From positions 82,904,423-82,968,422 of the forward strand of contig NC_068986.1 of NCBI RefSeq assembly GCF_001194135.2: a stretch of 64,000 nucleotides of DNA. Direction: 5' to 3'. The notes below the pieces were generated by a model, which was not told the origin of the DNA, ran no database searches, and saw nothing but the letters and a program-made list of their open reading frames with translations. Each line of letters begins with the position of its first letter. Positions within the stretch are counted from its first letter, which is position 1. A program made the translations under genes and the position numbers. Below, one piece after another: positions 1-47,000 of this stretch. The DNA is from Octopus bimaculoides (Eukaryota).

Positions 1-325
1 GTCGTTAGGGCATCAGATGAAATACTTCACACTATTTCAGCTCTCTGTACTCTTGAGTTCAAATCCCACCAACTTCAGTTTTGCTTTCTATTCCTTCTGA
101 GTCAATAAAAAAAATGTGCCAATTGAAGGCAGTGGAATGACAGAAGTGTAAGAACGTCAAACCAGATGTCATATAGTGATTGTTTCAACACTTTGCATTT
201 GGGGTCAAATCCTGCCATGGTCTACATGGATGGTTGACTTAACCTATTGCTCAATTTAACACTCACTTGGTTGCAAGCATTTAGTTCCGGTCCCTGGTTT
301 GAGGATACTTTCTTCCGTCACCTAC

Positions 326-545
326 CACTCTTAGAAGCCTCGAGAACAATAGGTGAAGGAGGAAGGTTTTCTGAGTAGAAGAAATTTTTTTTAAAAAAGT
401 ATGTTGACAAGTCATATTATGCAGTGCAATGGATTCACAGTCTGTGAATGTTGGGGGAACAAAAAAAAAAAACATCTGTGGACACCGTTACAGCCAAGTC
501 ACAAATGAATTTACCGTCTGTTAAAGGTGGAGGAAAAGCAAACAT
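326..545 (-). other. candidate first two coding exons (515-545 and 326-370) of an unidentified gene running off the left edge
   Basis: ATG at 545, donor G|GTAAAT at 515, acceptor CAG at 371, donor G|GTAGGT at 326; joins to MFAFPPPLTDENLPPSPIVLEASKS; CpG-rich promoter-like sequence at about 780-1250; no homology recognised. Confidence 0.3.
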
Positions 546-1539
546 CTGTGAACTTAGTCACGTCCAGGTCACAACTGAAATCAGTGTTTTGGAGTTCTTT
601 CTTTAACAGGAGATGAAACGTTTCACTGTTTTTTGTAATAGAGGACATGCTAATTGAAATGTCTTTTTGGAACAAAGAGGTGTTGAAATAACTGTTGTGT
701 ATAGCTGGTAGTTTGTTTTTATCTGTATCCGATCTAATGAGAAACAAAACGAACCAAGGACAGTGCCTTGTAGTTATTACATGTATAAATGCAGACGTTT
801 CACTTCGGTAACCACTGTCGCCAGCGGTCGTTTAAACTCGAGAATTTAAGCGAAAGCAGAGTTGTTCCCCTTGACATAATCTGCTCGTTCCCCAAAGACA
901 AAAATGAATTAAGAGAAATAACTCTGAGTGACCCAGTCACATATTTGAACACTATAGTATAAATTTTTGATTTATTTAGAGAAGAAAAAGAAAATCTCCG
1001 CTTCTAGACGATATGTTGTTACCGAATTGCAATTAAAACCAGCTCTACGAGGGAAGAGGAGACATTCTCAAGTATTCTTCAAAATTGACATGCCATCAAA
1101 GAAAAGATAGAAATTTTCTTATTTAACTTGCAGTCAGGAGTGTTATATTCATCTTTGTAGATATTTTCGGGAACAACAATAGAACAGACCAGTTTCATCG
1201 ACATTGTAAAATAATGCTATCACGATCAAATAAGCCCATATGATAAATTTTCTAAATGGCTCAATTAAGGAAGCATCTACATTTAATGATTCACCACGTT
1301 TTCTTATTCACATCGCCAGGCTTTTTCTAAAATGTTACAGCAAGCTATCGTTTACCATAACAATTTTTTTAGCCCCGTTTGTTTCACATACAAATTCAAA
1401 TTCAAGGCTTCATATATTAACACCACTAGACTTCTGCTGAACACACCACTTATACACTTCTTTTGTAGTTTTATCTGGTCTAACTTCCATGTATTTTCTA
1501 CTACGCACTGCAGAGACACGTTTAATGTTATAATAATCA

Positions 1540-2030
1540 TCATCATCATCGTTTAACGTCCGCTTTCCATGCTGGCATAGGTTGGACGGTTTGACTGAGG
1601 ACTAGTGAGCTAGAGGCTGTACCAGGCTCAATCTGATCTGGCAAAGTTTCTACAGCTGGATGCCCTTCCTAACGCCAACCACTCCGAGAGTGTCGTGGGT
1701 GCTTATACGTGTATACGAGCGCCAGTCAGGCGGTTCTGGCAACGACCACGCTCAAAAGGTGTTTTTACGTGCTACTAGCACGGGAGCCAGTCCGGCGGCA
1801 CTGGCAACGACCACGCTCGAATGTTCCTTTTCACGTGCCACCGGCATATGTGCCGGTAAGGCGTCGCTGGCAACGATCACACTCGAACGGTGTTACTCCC
1901 GTGTCACCGACACGGGAGCCAATCTGTGGTCCTGGCAACGATCACGCTCGGATGTGCTTTTAACGTTCCACTGGCACAAGTGCCAATCAGGCGGTACTGT
2001 CATCGGCCACGTCAGCAAACTTTTATAAAG
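1540..2030 (-). mobile_element. RTE-LINE 3' end / RTE-tailed SINE with internal ~65-bp tandem repeat
   Basis: Tail reads ATGCCAGCATGGAAAGCGGACGTTAAAC(GAT)n on minus; same tail follows RTE ORF2 at 55515-56175. Confidence 0.8.
1736..2010. repeat. ~65-bp tandem repeat, about 4.5 units
   Basis: CTGGCAACGAYCAC at 1736, 1801, 1867 and 1932; related array in the opposite orientation at about 53815-54035. Confidence 0.85.
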
Positions 2031-3021
2031 AAAAATTTCGCAATTAAGCCTTTGATTTGGATATATCGGAAGTGCCTTACTTTTTAATAGCTAAATACCT
2101 ACTACTATACGACGTCTTCTAATTAATTTATCAATTAGTGCTAACTTCTATCCCATTTAAATTCGTATACTTCTTTTTGACTTCTTCAACATTTGATGCC
2201 ATTTTAAAATTAAGTATTGCAAAGTTTAGAACAATAAAGTAATAATTCAGAAATCACAGAAATTCTGTATACAACCTAACAGCACAATAATGTGTACCAG
2301 TCAGTAACATGCTACACGAAATAAATACAATACAGGCCCATCTATACACGTACATACACACACTAGCCGCCCTCCACTGAGTGGTTAAAAAAAAATGCAT
2401 CAGGGAGCCCTTACACTTGACATGCCAGAAACAGCAGCAAAATTTACGTGCGCGTGTGTGTGTGACATTTTGATAAAAACGTAAAGTTTCTTTTACTCAT
2501 AATAAAGTTGTGAAAACATTTTCTTCTATTAGTACACACACATACGCATGAGAAAGAGAGAGTGAGTGAGTGAATGAATGAGAGTTCTTATGAGACGTAG
2601 GGAAAACATTCTCAAATCACTTAAGCAGTCAATTAACAGAAAACCAACTATCCTGCCTAATAAGGACACTTAGAAATAGAGAACAAATTTAAATACTCTC
2701 ATGAAAGGGAGAGAAGAAATATAAAGAAAACTTACTAGGAATATAAAAGCAAGCCCTAAAGTTTTCTACAAATTTCTTTGAAAATCATCCACAGGACAAC
2801 CTAATACAAAGTGATTCCATCATTCCAAAGAAACAACTGACTAACAACAGACCCCAAAAGAATAACCAAACTACTGAATGAGCAGTTCTACATTATTTTT
2901 ACCTTCCCACTAGGACAAATGCAGGTGAACAAGCCAAATGAGTTCTTTCACACCATAGATCTACATAAAGAAGCAGCAACCATCAATTACATTGGCGTAA
3001 AAGTAGATGGAATATTGACAA

Positions 3022-3200
3022 TAGAGCTGGCAGAATCATTAGCACGCCGAGCAAATTGCTTAGTGGCATTTCGTCTATGTTCTGAGTTCAAATTCTGCTA
3101 AGGCCTACTTTGCCTTTCATCCTTCCGAGGTTGATAAAATAAGTACCAGTTGAACACTGGGGTCGATGCAATCGACTTATTCCCCGAAATTGACAACAAA
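3022..3200 (+). mobile_element. tRNA-derived SINE (family C here)
   Basis: GAGCTGGCAGAATCATTAGC head and B-box GAGTTCAAATTC; other copies near 1, 48640, 50990 and 57140. Confidence 0.8.
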
Positions 3201-3309
3201 TGAAATGAACTTAAACTCAGCAATAGGGCTCGAAAACTTGCATGTAAACAAGTTCTTGTTAAGCCACTTCAGATACTATTTGTAAGTTTCTTGGTAAGTT
3301 GGAAATGTC

Positions 3310-3615
3310 CATAAAAGTTAATGGAGGCATAACATCCCCTGTTCATAAAGTGGGGAATAGAGTAAGTGCTAAAATTTACAGGCTTATCTCTCTGACTTCA
3401 CATATCAGCAGAGTCATGAAACAACTTATCAGAAAACTAATCACATTCTCAGAAGAACGTCACTAATACACAATATCACTTTTACTCACGAAGAAGTTGC
3501 CTTACACAGCTCCTGCATCACTACGACTGGGTGCAGAATTAGCTGTTCAACCATATAGATTTGACCATGTGTGTTGTGTCACAAGCTGCATGTTTTCCGC
3601 ATAGTTGGAAAAATT
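3310..3615 (+). mobile_element. CR1-clade LINE RT relic
   Basis: Degenerate ITPVHK...YRLISLTSHISRVM...RRSCLTQLLHHYDWV. Confidence 0.7.
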
Positions 3616-3871
3616 AGAATTGTTTGTAAGGGTGATAACTAAGAACTATTAAGGGAGATAATTCATAACTTTCATCTGATTCTTGCAGAAAATAAGGAAT
3701 TTTAAGTACCAAAGCAATTAATTTTTCTTGCTGATATTTTGCAAAATCAACATTATTAGTTCCAAAAAATATTTTTTTCGAATTTAATTCATTATATTCC
3801 ATAACTTACGACATAAAACGACAAAATTCTATATCAAGTATTCTAAAAAAAAACATTTATATATAAACGAC

Positions 3872-4208
3872 GCAGGCGTGGCAATGCGGTAAGACATTTG
3901 CTTCCCAACTACATGCTTCCAGTTTGAATCCCACTGTGTGACATCTTGGGCAAGTATCTCGTACTATAGTCCTGAACCAAAACTTTGTGGGTGGGTTTGG
4001 TAAACAGAAACTGAAGGAAGCCCGTCGTGTGTGTGTTGGTGTGTTTATGTACCCATCACTTAGCGATTCAGCAAAAGAGACAAATAGGACACGTACCAGA
4101 CTTATAAAAAAAAAAAATAATAAATGCTAGGGTCGATTTGTTCAGTCAAACCCTTCAAGGCTGTGCCCCCAGCACGGTCACAGTCCAGTAACTGAAACAA
4201 GTAAAAAC
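3872..4208 (+). mobile_element. tRNA-derived SINE (family A here)
   Basis: Head, body and tail (ACTGAAACAAGTAAAA) shared with the 42528 and 55031 copies. Confidence 0.8.
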
Positions 4209-5584
4209 TAAATTATCAAAAAACGGAGACAGGGCCAAAAAACTGAGGATTCAATGTAGTTGATTTATATCAACCTCAGTATATGTGATTGCTGCTTTAT
4301 TTTATTGCCCCTAGAAGCATTTTAAGTAAAGGTGAACTCATTATTTATGGCAGTGTTCAGTTTTCAGTACATTTCCAACAGTAAACCATATGCTAGCCGT
4401 TTGGATTGTATTATTAAATGCAATGTTGATCTATCATATCAAAATAGTGGATTAACTACTGCAGGGTGACCACTTTATTTCTTTCACATGTGAGGATGTA
4501 TTTTTAACATTTCCAGATATTTCTACAATAAATATATATATATATTAGGAAAAATTACTAACAATGAAAAATAAGGTTCAATTAAGCTGCATCATTCACT
4601 AGAAACTTTACCATTCCTAAATAAATTATTTATTGAACCAAAACTAACATTCCTGGCAGTTACTCCAGAACAAGGATAAGAGGCCATTCCTGGCAGTTAC
4701 TCCAGAACACTGATGATCAAGGTATACTCTTATCCTAAACAAACTATTCAGCCTCTTTCTTTCTATATACATTTGCTTGATCATACAGTTAGGTCATGTT
4801 TGATATCCTAGAAAAGACACATTTTCATACCTCTTAATAGCATCCTGTTATTTCCAGTCTAACATTTCCAAAAATCTACACTTTTTTAGCTTCGCCAATT
4901 TGACATCCAAAAAACCCATATCCAACAGTCCAAGTTTAGATAAGCAACACAGAGTAGGAAGGACTCAATACAGTAAAATGCTTAACTGTTTCATAAGCTT
5001 GCAGTGAGAAGTTGATGGGGATTTTTGTAGGTTGAAGGTGGATTAGGTTTGTCCTTAGATATAATCTAGTATTATGTCTACGATTATACTCCATCAAAGT
5101 GACATTATCACTAAATATCCATGATATGAAGTCTACAGAGTATTCCTATAACTTAATTTATTGTGGTGCACACGTTTTACTACTAAAACCCAGACATCAA
5201 CCTATTTCCATTAAAGTTTATTTAACTAATTCTTTCCATTGCATTTTTACCTACTTAAACCCATCACATATATGACCGCTACCATGTACAACACTTCTGT
5301 CTTTGCACTCCACAATACATTCTATATAACTTCACACATATGGCACATCATCCTAGCCACCTCCTTCGTAAGCAATGGCCAGTGGCCTTATTTCAGAGAT
5401 AATAGAACAAAAATTCATTCCAACAATACAATAATTTTCTAAATGGGATATTTTAGGAATCCATCAAAAATCAGTTTTACTTTATAAAGTGACATTGATT
5501 TATGATCAGGTAAAAACGTAATTAAAATCAATTTATAAAAAATTAAAATTAAATTAAGCTTTACGGAGTAAAATATATATAAAC

Positions 5585-5804
5585 ATATAGTTTTAGGGAA
5601 AAGAACCAAGGTTCATGAACTCATCGATTATGAAACACGATTAGTTGTGAGACACGTGTAGTCATTTTATTATCTTTATCTTATATTTACTTTGTATAAT
5701 ATTATACTCATTTATTGTGCTTTTAATTATAAATTTTTCTATATGTGACAGTGGATTTTCATCGATGAGTTCATGAACCTTGGTTCTTTTCCCTAAAACT
5801 ATAT
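5585..5804. mobile_element. MITE-like element with perfect 44-bp terminal inverted repeats
   Basis: 5585-5628 is the exact reverse complement of 5761-5804; TA-rich ends. Confidence 0.8.
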
Positions 5805-6178
5805 NNNNNNNNNNNNNNNNNNNNNNNNNNNNNNNNNNNNNNNNNNNNNNNNNNNNNNNNNNNNNNNNNNNNNNNNNNNNNNNNNNNNNNNNNNNNNNNN
5901 NNNNNNNNNNNNNNNNNNNNNNNNNNNNNNNNNNNNNNNNNNNNNNNNNNNNNNNNNNNNNNNNNNNNNNNNNNNNNNNNNNNNNNNNNNNNNNNNNNNN
6001 NNNNNNNNNNNNNNNNNNNNNNNNNNNNNNNNNNNNNNNNNNNNNNNNNNNNNNNNNNNNNNNNNNNNNNNNNNNNNNNNNNNNNNNNNNNNNNNNNNNN
6101 NNNNNNNNNNNNNNNNNNNNNNNNNNNNNNNNNNNNNNNNNNNNNNNNNNNNNNNNNNNNNNNNNNNNNNNNNNNNNN
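5805..6178. other. assembly gap (374 N)
   Basis: Run of N. Confidence 1.
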
Positions 6179-6230
6179 ATTTAATCTCCATACCTTCGTT
6201 TTATTTGCTTTTTTTCATTTTAAATTTGCT

Positions 6231-6264
6231 TTAACCCTAACCCTAGGGTTAGGGTTAGGGTTAA
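6231..6264. repeat. interstitial telomeric-repeat palindrome (CCCTAA/TTAGGG)
   Basis: TTAACCCTAACCCTAGGGTTAGGGTTAGGGTTAA. Confidence 0.9.
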
Positions 6265-6514
6265 TTGTTTCAGAATCGTTTGTTTATGTAGTCGGCGCTT
6301 AATGTATATCGGCTAAATGGACGTCAGTGATTGGTTGAAATTACAGAAATACGACAACTTTAACATGGAATAACTTATGAATTTCTTTTTTGTTTAAGAA
6401 GACTAAGAGAAAAAGATGTTTTATATGACACATTCTACCAGTGTTCCAAGTTTCAAAGTGTTTCATTAATGAAAAATGTGTCCCCCCGTTTTAAAAAAGA
6501 TACGATTTTTCAAT

Positions 6515-6750
6515 GACCTGATCCCCTATTGTCCTGACTTAACCCCATCTATCATCTGTTTGCCATCATGAAAAAACACTTGGCTGGGAACCAGTATCAC
6601 AGTGATGATGACTTTTTGACCAAAAGGATGTAAGCTTCTTCACCAATGAGATCCAAGCACTGCAACACCAATGGAAGTGTGTGGACCACAAGGGAAAACT
6701 ATGTTGAAAAATAAACCTCATTTGATCACATCAGAGTACCTTGGTCAGCT
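6515..6750 (+). mobile_element. mariner transposase C-terminal relic
   Basis: Frameshifted PYCPDLTPS..YHLF..MKKHLAGNQYHSDDD...FFTNEIQALQHQWKCVDHKG, resembling the mariner YSPDLAP region. Confidence 0.8.
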
Positions 6751-7199
6751 TGCCAACCTTCATATGATCTGGGTGACACACTGCAAATAAAACCAGTCGA
6801 CATTGTTATATTTAGGAAACCAAGGTGATACTTAACAGATAGTTAGAAGGGCCTGAGATTTGTGGGAGCTTTTGCACCTCTTCTATCAGCTTCATCCACA
6901 CAATCTTTGCATGCTAACATTAATGAGCAAGATGTTCTTGGGAAAGAAATCTTGCCTACTTACTCCATTTGAGGCACAAACATCCATGTCCCACCTTCAT
7001 TCTTATGCTGCTCTTGTCCAGAACCACTGACTTACCATCCAGGTCTAAGAAAATCACACTTCAAAACAATGTGAATAGCTAAGCTTTACATTTGTTAGAA
7101 TAATCTGAATGCTAAAGGGTTAAAATTTCCCAAGTCATATAGAAAAGTTTAAACGTGATAAACTTCTGGTGTGGTTCTCACTAGAAGTCTCCCTTGTAG

Positions 7200-8456
7200 G
7201 GCTTTTGATATGGTTACCACATCAAGGCCCTCACCTAAGGTAAACATTTTGCCTTTGAGTGTACATGTTCCATTAACTTCATTAATTATTTTAGGTGTTC
7301 ACTGCAGAGTTGTTGTTACTGTTGGCTTTTTTCACTTCTTGTTGCTGTTGTTTCCGCTGTTCTTAATGTGTCTCCTTCAGTTGCTGTGACTGATGTTGTA
7401 GCTGCTGTTCCTTAGTGATGATATTGTTGGTTTGTCTCTAGCTGTTGTGCTTAACCCTTTAGCATTCAGATTACTCTGCTAAATGTAATGCTTATTTATT
7501 CACATTGTTTTGAATTGACTATGCAATATCTTGTAGCTTCAAGATTTTTATAATGTAATTGTTTTTATTTTTAGAACGACATGGTAGAATAGCTGTGAGA
7601 GGCAGGATGTGGCCAGTTTGAACATAAAATAGGTAGAATATTTGGGCCAGATATGGCTAGTTTAAATGCTGAAGGGTTAATGTAGTTTCTTTTCCTGAAG
7701 TTATTGTGTTGTAAGTGTTCATTTGTTGACTGGTTTCATTGTTTGGCTGCATCTTTTGGGGAGTTGTTTAACTTGGTACAACTGACCTTTTGGCAAGAGG
7801 AGGCAAACAACTTCTCTTCCTTTTTGAGTCTTTCTACAATGTGCCAGCTCAACACATTTGTAACATTTACCACCTCTAGATCTAAAGGCTTTGAAAACAT
7901 GGAAGGAGCACTAACGTTTGCTTTGCATGGTTTTGTTACTGCTGTTGGTATTGTTGTTGCTATGGCTGTTATTGCTGGTGGTGGTCGTGGTGGTAGGAAG
8001 ACTAGTTTCTCTGCATGTATGTGCAGAGGAAGCCATTGTTGGATATTTTTGTCTTCGTGCCACTGCCTCTGTTGATTTACTTGCAGAAGTAAGGATATTA
8101 GTAGCAGTGATGATCTGAAACACTCAGCTCTTTTCTCTCCCATCGAGCAGAAAGTCTTGAGGTGATCTATTTTGCCACACATTTAACACTTTGGCTTTCT
8201 CCTTGTTGTAACCACTTACATTTCCATACACTTTTTGAGGACAGACTTTACTGTCAGCAATCACGCCATGCTCCTCAGTCATCGCCACCACTTCAGCTTG
8301 ATCCCTACGTGGTGACACACTGATGAACTGTATTTTCATTGTCCGTCTTCCCAGGTATAATGGGATTGTGATAAACACTTGGTAATAGCTATGCGCCTGG
8401 CTTCCACCTTGTTCTTACAAACAACTACTGTCCCATGTTCCTCTATCTTACAATAG

Positions 8457-8460
<4 letters not shown>
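7200..8460 (-). mobile_element. non-LTR retrotransposon ORF1-like relic with CCHC zinc knuckle
   Basis: KC*MCGKIDHLKTFC (CX2CX4HX4C with a stop) followed by P/T/A-rich low complexity. Confidence 0.55.
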
Positions 8461-8488
<28 letters not shown>

Positions 8489-8489
<1 letters not shown>

Positions 8490-8608
8490 CGGTGTTCACA
8501 AGGTCTGGGTACATTGAGTAAATAAAATAACATAATTAAATATAAGAAATAATAATTTCTTAAAGTATGTGTTAATCCCCATGTACCTAAACTTTGTGGA
8601 CACCCTGT
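8489..8608. mobile_element. Tc1/mariner-type MITE
   Basis: ~27-bp imperfect TIRs (ACGGTGTTCACAAGGTCTGGGTACAT / ATGTACCTAAACTTTGTGGACACCCTGT) within TA runs. Confidence 0.7.
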
Positions 8609-8609
8609 T

Positions 8610-8645
<36 letters not shown>

Positions 8646-8889
8646 ACAGTAGACCACACTATCTGCAGGCAGTTTTCTATTTGTGCTGGATTAGGATATT
8701 GGTAATTTTATTTCCTTTTGATTTTCAATTTGTAAACAATGTTTTGTTTTGTTTAGTTTAGTTTCTTGGTGCTTTATACCTCAGCAACTGGAAGTTTCAA
8801 TCCCAAGGATGTAATATCACATTCATACATTTTTTTTTTTTGCATATACTTGCTTGTAACTAAGTGACAAGTTAATACACTCACTGCTG

Positions 8890-8895
8890 TTTATT
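8890..8895 (-). promoter_or_regulatory. candidate distal poly(A) signal of SMARCC (AATAAA)
   Basis: AATAAA on the minus strand near the end of the TE-free UTR-like stretch. Confidence 0.4.
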
Positions 8896-9448
8896 AAAGC
8901 AGCAAATGAAGTTTTCATTTTGCTCTCACTGCTACTATTGTTTCTTCTTACTTCAGAAAAGCAGATGAACAGGCACCAGTGTTTCTATTACTCTCCTTTG
9001 ACGTTATCTGTTACTGTCATAGTTACCACAACCGTGTTCTGAGTAAGACTATCACTTGATGAACACATGGCTCTGCTTCTTTCCTTTGTGTATTTACACT
9101 CTTTCAATTACTCGGCATTACAGTCCTAAGCACTGAATATAATTTCTTCACAAACATCCATGTTATTTTTTCAAACAAAAACAAACAATTCTGCAAAACA
9201 AAATTTAAGACCAGACTTCCTCCACTATGTGGCAGGAGGGAGAATGTCAGAAATCTCACCAAAAGAAGTGAGCTTGTTATTCTATTCAGGTGACAAAAAT
9301 TTTAAACCAAATACATTCCAATATGAGTGACTGAGTTGAGATCAAGTATACCTTTCGTATGTCAAACATAATAATATTAATAATAAACAACCATAAAGTT
9401 ATATTACGTTTTTTTTTTTGTTTAATATATAATAAAAAGATGACATCT

Positions 9449-9454
9449 TTTATT
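9449..9454 (-). promoter_or_regulatory. candidate proximal poly(A) signal of SMARCC (AATAAA)
   Basis: AATAAA on the minus strand about 730 nt after the stop codon. Confidence 0.4.
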
Positions 9455-9889
9455 GCTGGAAGTTCTATGAACTACAGGTGACTGAAATATTGGCCAAAAT
9501 GTGATAACTAGAAAATATTCACTTAACATTTCTGAAATGTTTCTGTAAACATTTAGCTGAAATTTTTTTTAAAAAAACCAAAAGATGATAACAAAAGAGG
9601 AAGATGGTTAATTAAGAGAGTAAGTTAATTGTGTTGGAAGATAGATACAGGTTGATGTAAGAAAGGAACAAAAAATGAACAATGATGCGATTGAGATGAC
9701 TGATTTGTTCTTTCACTAGATAATGAATTTATAAGAGAAACTATAATGACTGTTGAAAACAGCAGCAAGACATTGAGGTGAACAAGTCCAGCTGTGGGTA
9801 AACAGTGTGATCCAGGTGATATCACTGATGTATTGGGAAAAACAGAGTTGTTAGAGATAGAAGTAGAGTGACACGATGATGAGACAGAT

Positions 9890-9985
9890 GATATTATGAT
9901 GATGATAATAATAATAATGGTGGTGGTGGTGATGATGATGATGATAATAATGATGATGATGAATAGTAGTAATATCATCACTACT
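9890..9985. repeat. compound (GAT/AAT/GGT)n trinucleotide repeat in the SMARCC 3'UTR
   Basis: Direct reading. Confidence 0.9.
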
Positions 9986-10179
9986 ATTTGTAGGAAGATT
10001 GGCTGTGACAGTAAAATAGATCAGTTTCCTAACAAAACAGAGCTGTTCCATAACTTTTAATAGTATGGCTGACAGTAACTATAAGTGTATATCTAGAAAT
10101 AAAACAGTGGTATGATGAAGCTAAGGTGATTGGAAAGAGAAAAGGTGAGTGAAAAGAAAACACTGTGTGGCTTAAAGAT

Positions 10180-46017
<35,838 letters not shown>

Positions 46018-46019
46018 CT

Positions 46020-47000
46020 TCTCTTCTCTACAGCGGACTGTTGAAGATGGCACTAGTTTTTCCAGCCGCCCATACGTATCTACATACATATGACTCATTT
46101 CTGCTGTCACTTGTATATTAGTTGCTGTTAGATCAACACAACAACTAAATCATTTTCTTTAACATATAGAATTTCTTCATTTTTCCGCTACTATCCACTG
46201 GTGTATAAAATAGAATAGTTCCTAGTCGTTCACTCGGCAGTATACGTATATATTCTTCCTGTTGTCAAAGTCTAAGTCTGTGTAATTATAATTATAGTAT
46301 TAATTACACTAATAATCATTCATATTATTATGAATCTTTCTGTATACTCGATATTTCCATTGCTATATTCTCCGAACGTTTTCACGAACCATATTTTTTC
46401 ATATATACATCAAAATGTTGAGTTCAGTCGTAGGTGAAAAAAATGTCTTTGTCTTGGATTTCCACACTTCTATCCACCACCCCACAGTCTGGTATGGACA
46501 AAAGGAGTTAGTTTATTAAATTCATCTAAATAGATTGAAGCACAATTTTGTTAAGTACAATCGGCTGAATCATTTAAGTTAGTCTTTTTCACAGAGTTCA
46601 CAAGAATGGTATATATAAATATATGTGTTTTTTTTTTTTTGATTTTTCCACTCGACACAATGCTCTATATTGCGGGGGGAAAGGACGGTGGGTTGTTGTG
46701 ATGTTCGCGCTTTCTTCAAAAGGCATTAGCAGTGTAAATAAAATAAAATCGCTTTCATCGGGGAATCGAAACTTACCTCTTACTTTTCGGTGCTACTGTT
46801 AATGATATTGATTACTTCTTTCGATGCCATTAGACCACAAACGTATAAGTATGGTCGATCGAATAAACCCCAATATATAATTTGTTTGTTCTATCAACGC
46901 TGGAGGGTTAAAGGCAAAATCGACTGCGCGACATGTGAACTAGCGCCCACATTTCTACCGCTGCCTTTCTGATGTAACAAATGGTGTGACGACTGTGTTC
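46020..47000 (-). promoter_or_regulatory. SMARCC 5'UTR / promoter region
   Basis: CpG-retaining sequence directly upstream of the ATG; strong donor AG|GTAAGT at 46777/46776 suggests a non-coding first exon. Confidence 0.55.

Noticed and set aside
1736-2010. Regularly spaced ~65-bp repeats resembling a CRISPR array
   Set aside because: Whole units are homologous (no unique spacers), they lie in a retroposon 3'UTR, the genome is eukaryotic, and there are no cas genes
5780-6191. ORF-track entries made of X
   Set aside because: Artefacts of the N gap; the same applies at 23195-23551
6231-6264. Ancestral chromosome end-to-end fusion site
   Set aside because: A fusion gives TTAGGG then CCCTAA; here the order is reversed and only 5 units are present
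9625-10051. Poly-Ile and poly-His ORFs
   Set aside because: Translations of a trinucleotide repeat in the SMARCC 3'UTR
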